From Nitrosotalea sp. (lineage in GTDB: Archaea > Thermoproteota > Nitrososphaeria > Nitrososphaerales > Nitrosopumilaceae): a DNA stretch of 33,874 bases. The stretch spans positions 1-33,874 of the forward strand of contig JBOGQX010000030.1 in NCBI GenBank assembly GCA_050749285.1, written 5' to 3'. Position numbers and translations under genes: made by a program. Shown here in pieces: positions 33,242 through 33,874 of this stretch (positions are counted from its first letter, which is position 1; each line of letters begins with the position of its first letter). The notes under the pieces are model-generated. The model was not told the DNA's origin, did not search any database, and worked only from the letters and a program-made list of their open reading frames with translations.

Positions 33242-33874
33242 TTACTCTTTATCTATGAACTCGTCTGGACCTGGAGCTTCTGGAGGAAGTCCCTTTCTTT
33301 TTCGGATCTCAGCTATTTGGGTAGCCAGTATAGAGTTTGGAACTGGAGTCCAAGCTTTAAAGTGCGTGTTCCACATTGCCTTTCCAGCTGTCTGACCACG
33401 CATAATCTCAGACAAGTCAAACGTTTCAGATGCCGGAAGCTCTCCTGTAATAATATTTACAATACCTTTTTGTTCCATGTTCAGAACCTTACCTCTCTTT
33501 CCTGAAATTACGCCTGCCACGTTACCAATTAGTTCCTGCGGTACCCTAACTTCTATTCCAAGCGTAGGCTCTAGCAGAACAGGTTGAGAAAGGAGCATGG
33601 CGCCCATACAAACGCGTCTTGAAGCAGGACCTAGTTGTGAAAGGCCTCTGTGTGCAGGGTCCTCGTGTGGAACAAAGTGGTGGAACGTAAACTTGCATCC
33701 TCTTACTTGCTCTCTGGCAAGCGGGCCTTCTTTCATAGAGTCCTCAAAGCCTGACAATATTGAATCCGTAGACTCTTGTACAAACTGGACACCTCTAGTA
33801 CCATCTACCATTACATTTCCTCTAGGATCAAATCTCATAACACGCTTTGCGTCATCCTTATCCCATCCAGCTCC
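33242..33874 (-). CDS. fusA: translation elongation factor aEF-2, C-terminal part (5' end beyond window)
   Basis: The frame is open to the window edge (GAGWDKDDAKRVMRFDPRGN...). Domain IV/V motifs are present: VEPTLGIEVRVPQE, GELPASETFDLSEIMRGQTAGKAMW. Confidence 0.95.
   Translation of the reverse strand, partial: GAGWDKDDAKRVMRFDPRGNVMVDGTRGVQFVQESTDSILSGFEDSMKEGPLAREQVRGCKFTFHHFVPHEDPAHRGLSQLGPASRRVCMGAMLLSQPVLLEPTLGIEVRVPQELIGNVAGVISGKRGKVLNMEQKGIVNIITGELPASETFDLSEIMRGQTAGKAMWNTHFKAWTPVPNSILATQIAEIRKRKGLPPEAPGPDEFIDKE

Noticed and set aside
1-33874. Looked for CRISPR arrays, transposases or integrases, flanking direct repeats of an island, rRNA and tRNA genes, and known riboswitch cores (fluoride, TPP).
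   Set aside because: I could recognise none by eye on either strand. The only repeats seen are the rpo7 48-bp duplication and short palindromes. A computational repeat, tRNA and Rfam scan is still needed to exclude them.

Overview
AT-rich archaeal chromosomal window. Gene content and protein motifs fit best with an ammonia-oxidising thaumarchaeon (Nitrososphaeria, Nitrosopumilus-like). This placement rests on recalled family signatures, since no search could be run. Most of the window is compact housekeeping sequence. It contains a partial JAMM protease, a K+-independent H+-pyrophosphatase, a DUF359-type dephospho-CoA kinase, an Mrp/NBP35 Fe-S carrier, RNA polymerase subunit Rpo7 (E') and Spt4. 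It also holds an NAD de novo cluster (nadC, nadA, nadX), a proline dehydrogenase / P5C dehydrogenase pair, and a tight nurA-herA-mre11-rad50 operon (11.98-18.39 kb, minus strand). Further on are tatC plus a tatA missing from the ORF track, purP, a DUF151 nuclease, a methyltransferase, DedA, a CorA-like channel, an SNF2 helicase and the 3' part of aEF-2. I found no CRISPR array, transposase, integrase, rRNA or convincing tRNA, and no clear-cut novel multi-gene system. The best leads are: (1) a Csa3-like (CARF-like + wHTH) regulator transcribed divergently from the nurA operon, with CAAT/ATTG palindromes over both TATA boxes; (2) beside it, a G+C-richer small nuclease-fold ORF and a 41-codon relic resembling a Rad50/SMC C-terminus; (3) a 164-aa HEAT protein built like half a deoxyhypusine hydroxylase, with two RHEAA motifs 32 residues apart; (4) a 415-nt non-coding gap holding a G+C-rich 85-nt extended hairpin (candidate ncRNA); (5) two stand-alone textbook C2H2 zinc-finger micro-proteins; (6) a secreted-protein gene split by a frameshift in a C-run; (7) an exact-length 48-bp tandem duplication forming a Lys/Pro/Glu/Ala tail on Rpo7; (8) a CorA-fold protein with GLY in place of GMN. 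All functional names are motif-level recognitions and need HMM/BLAST confirmation.
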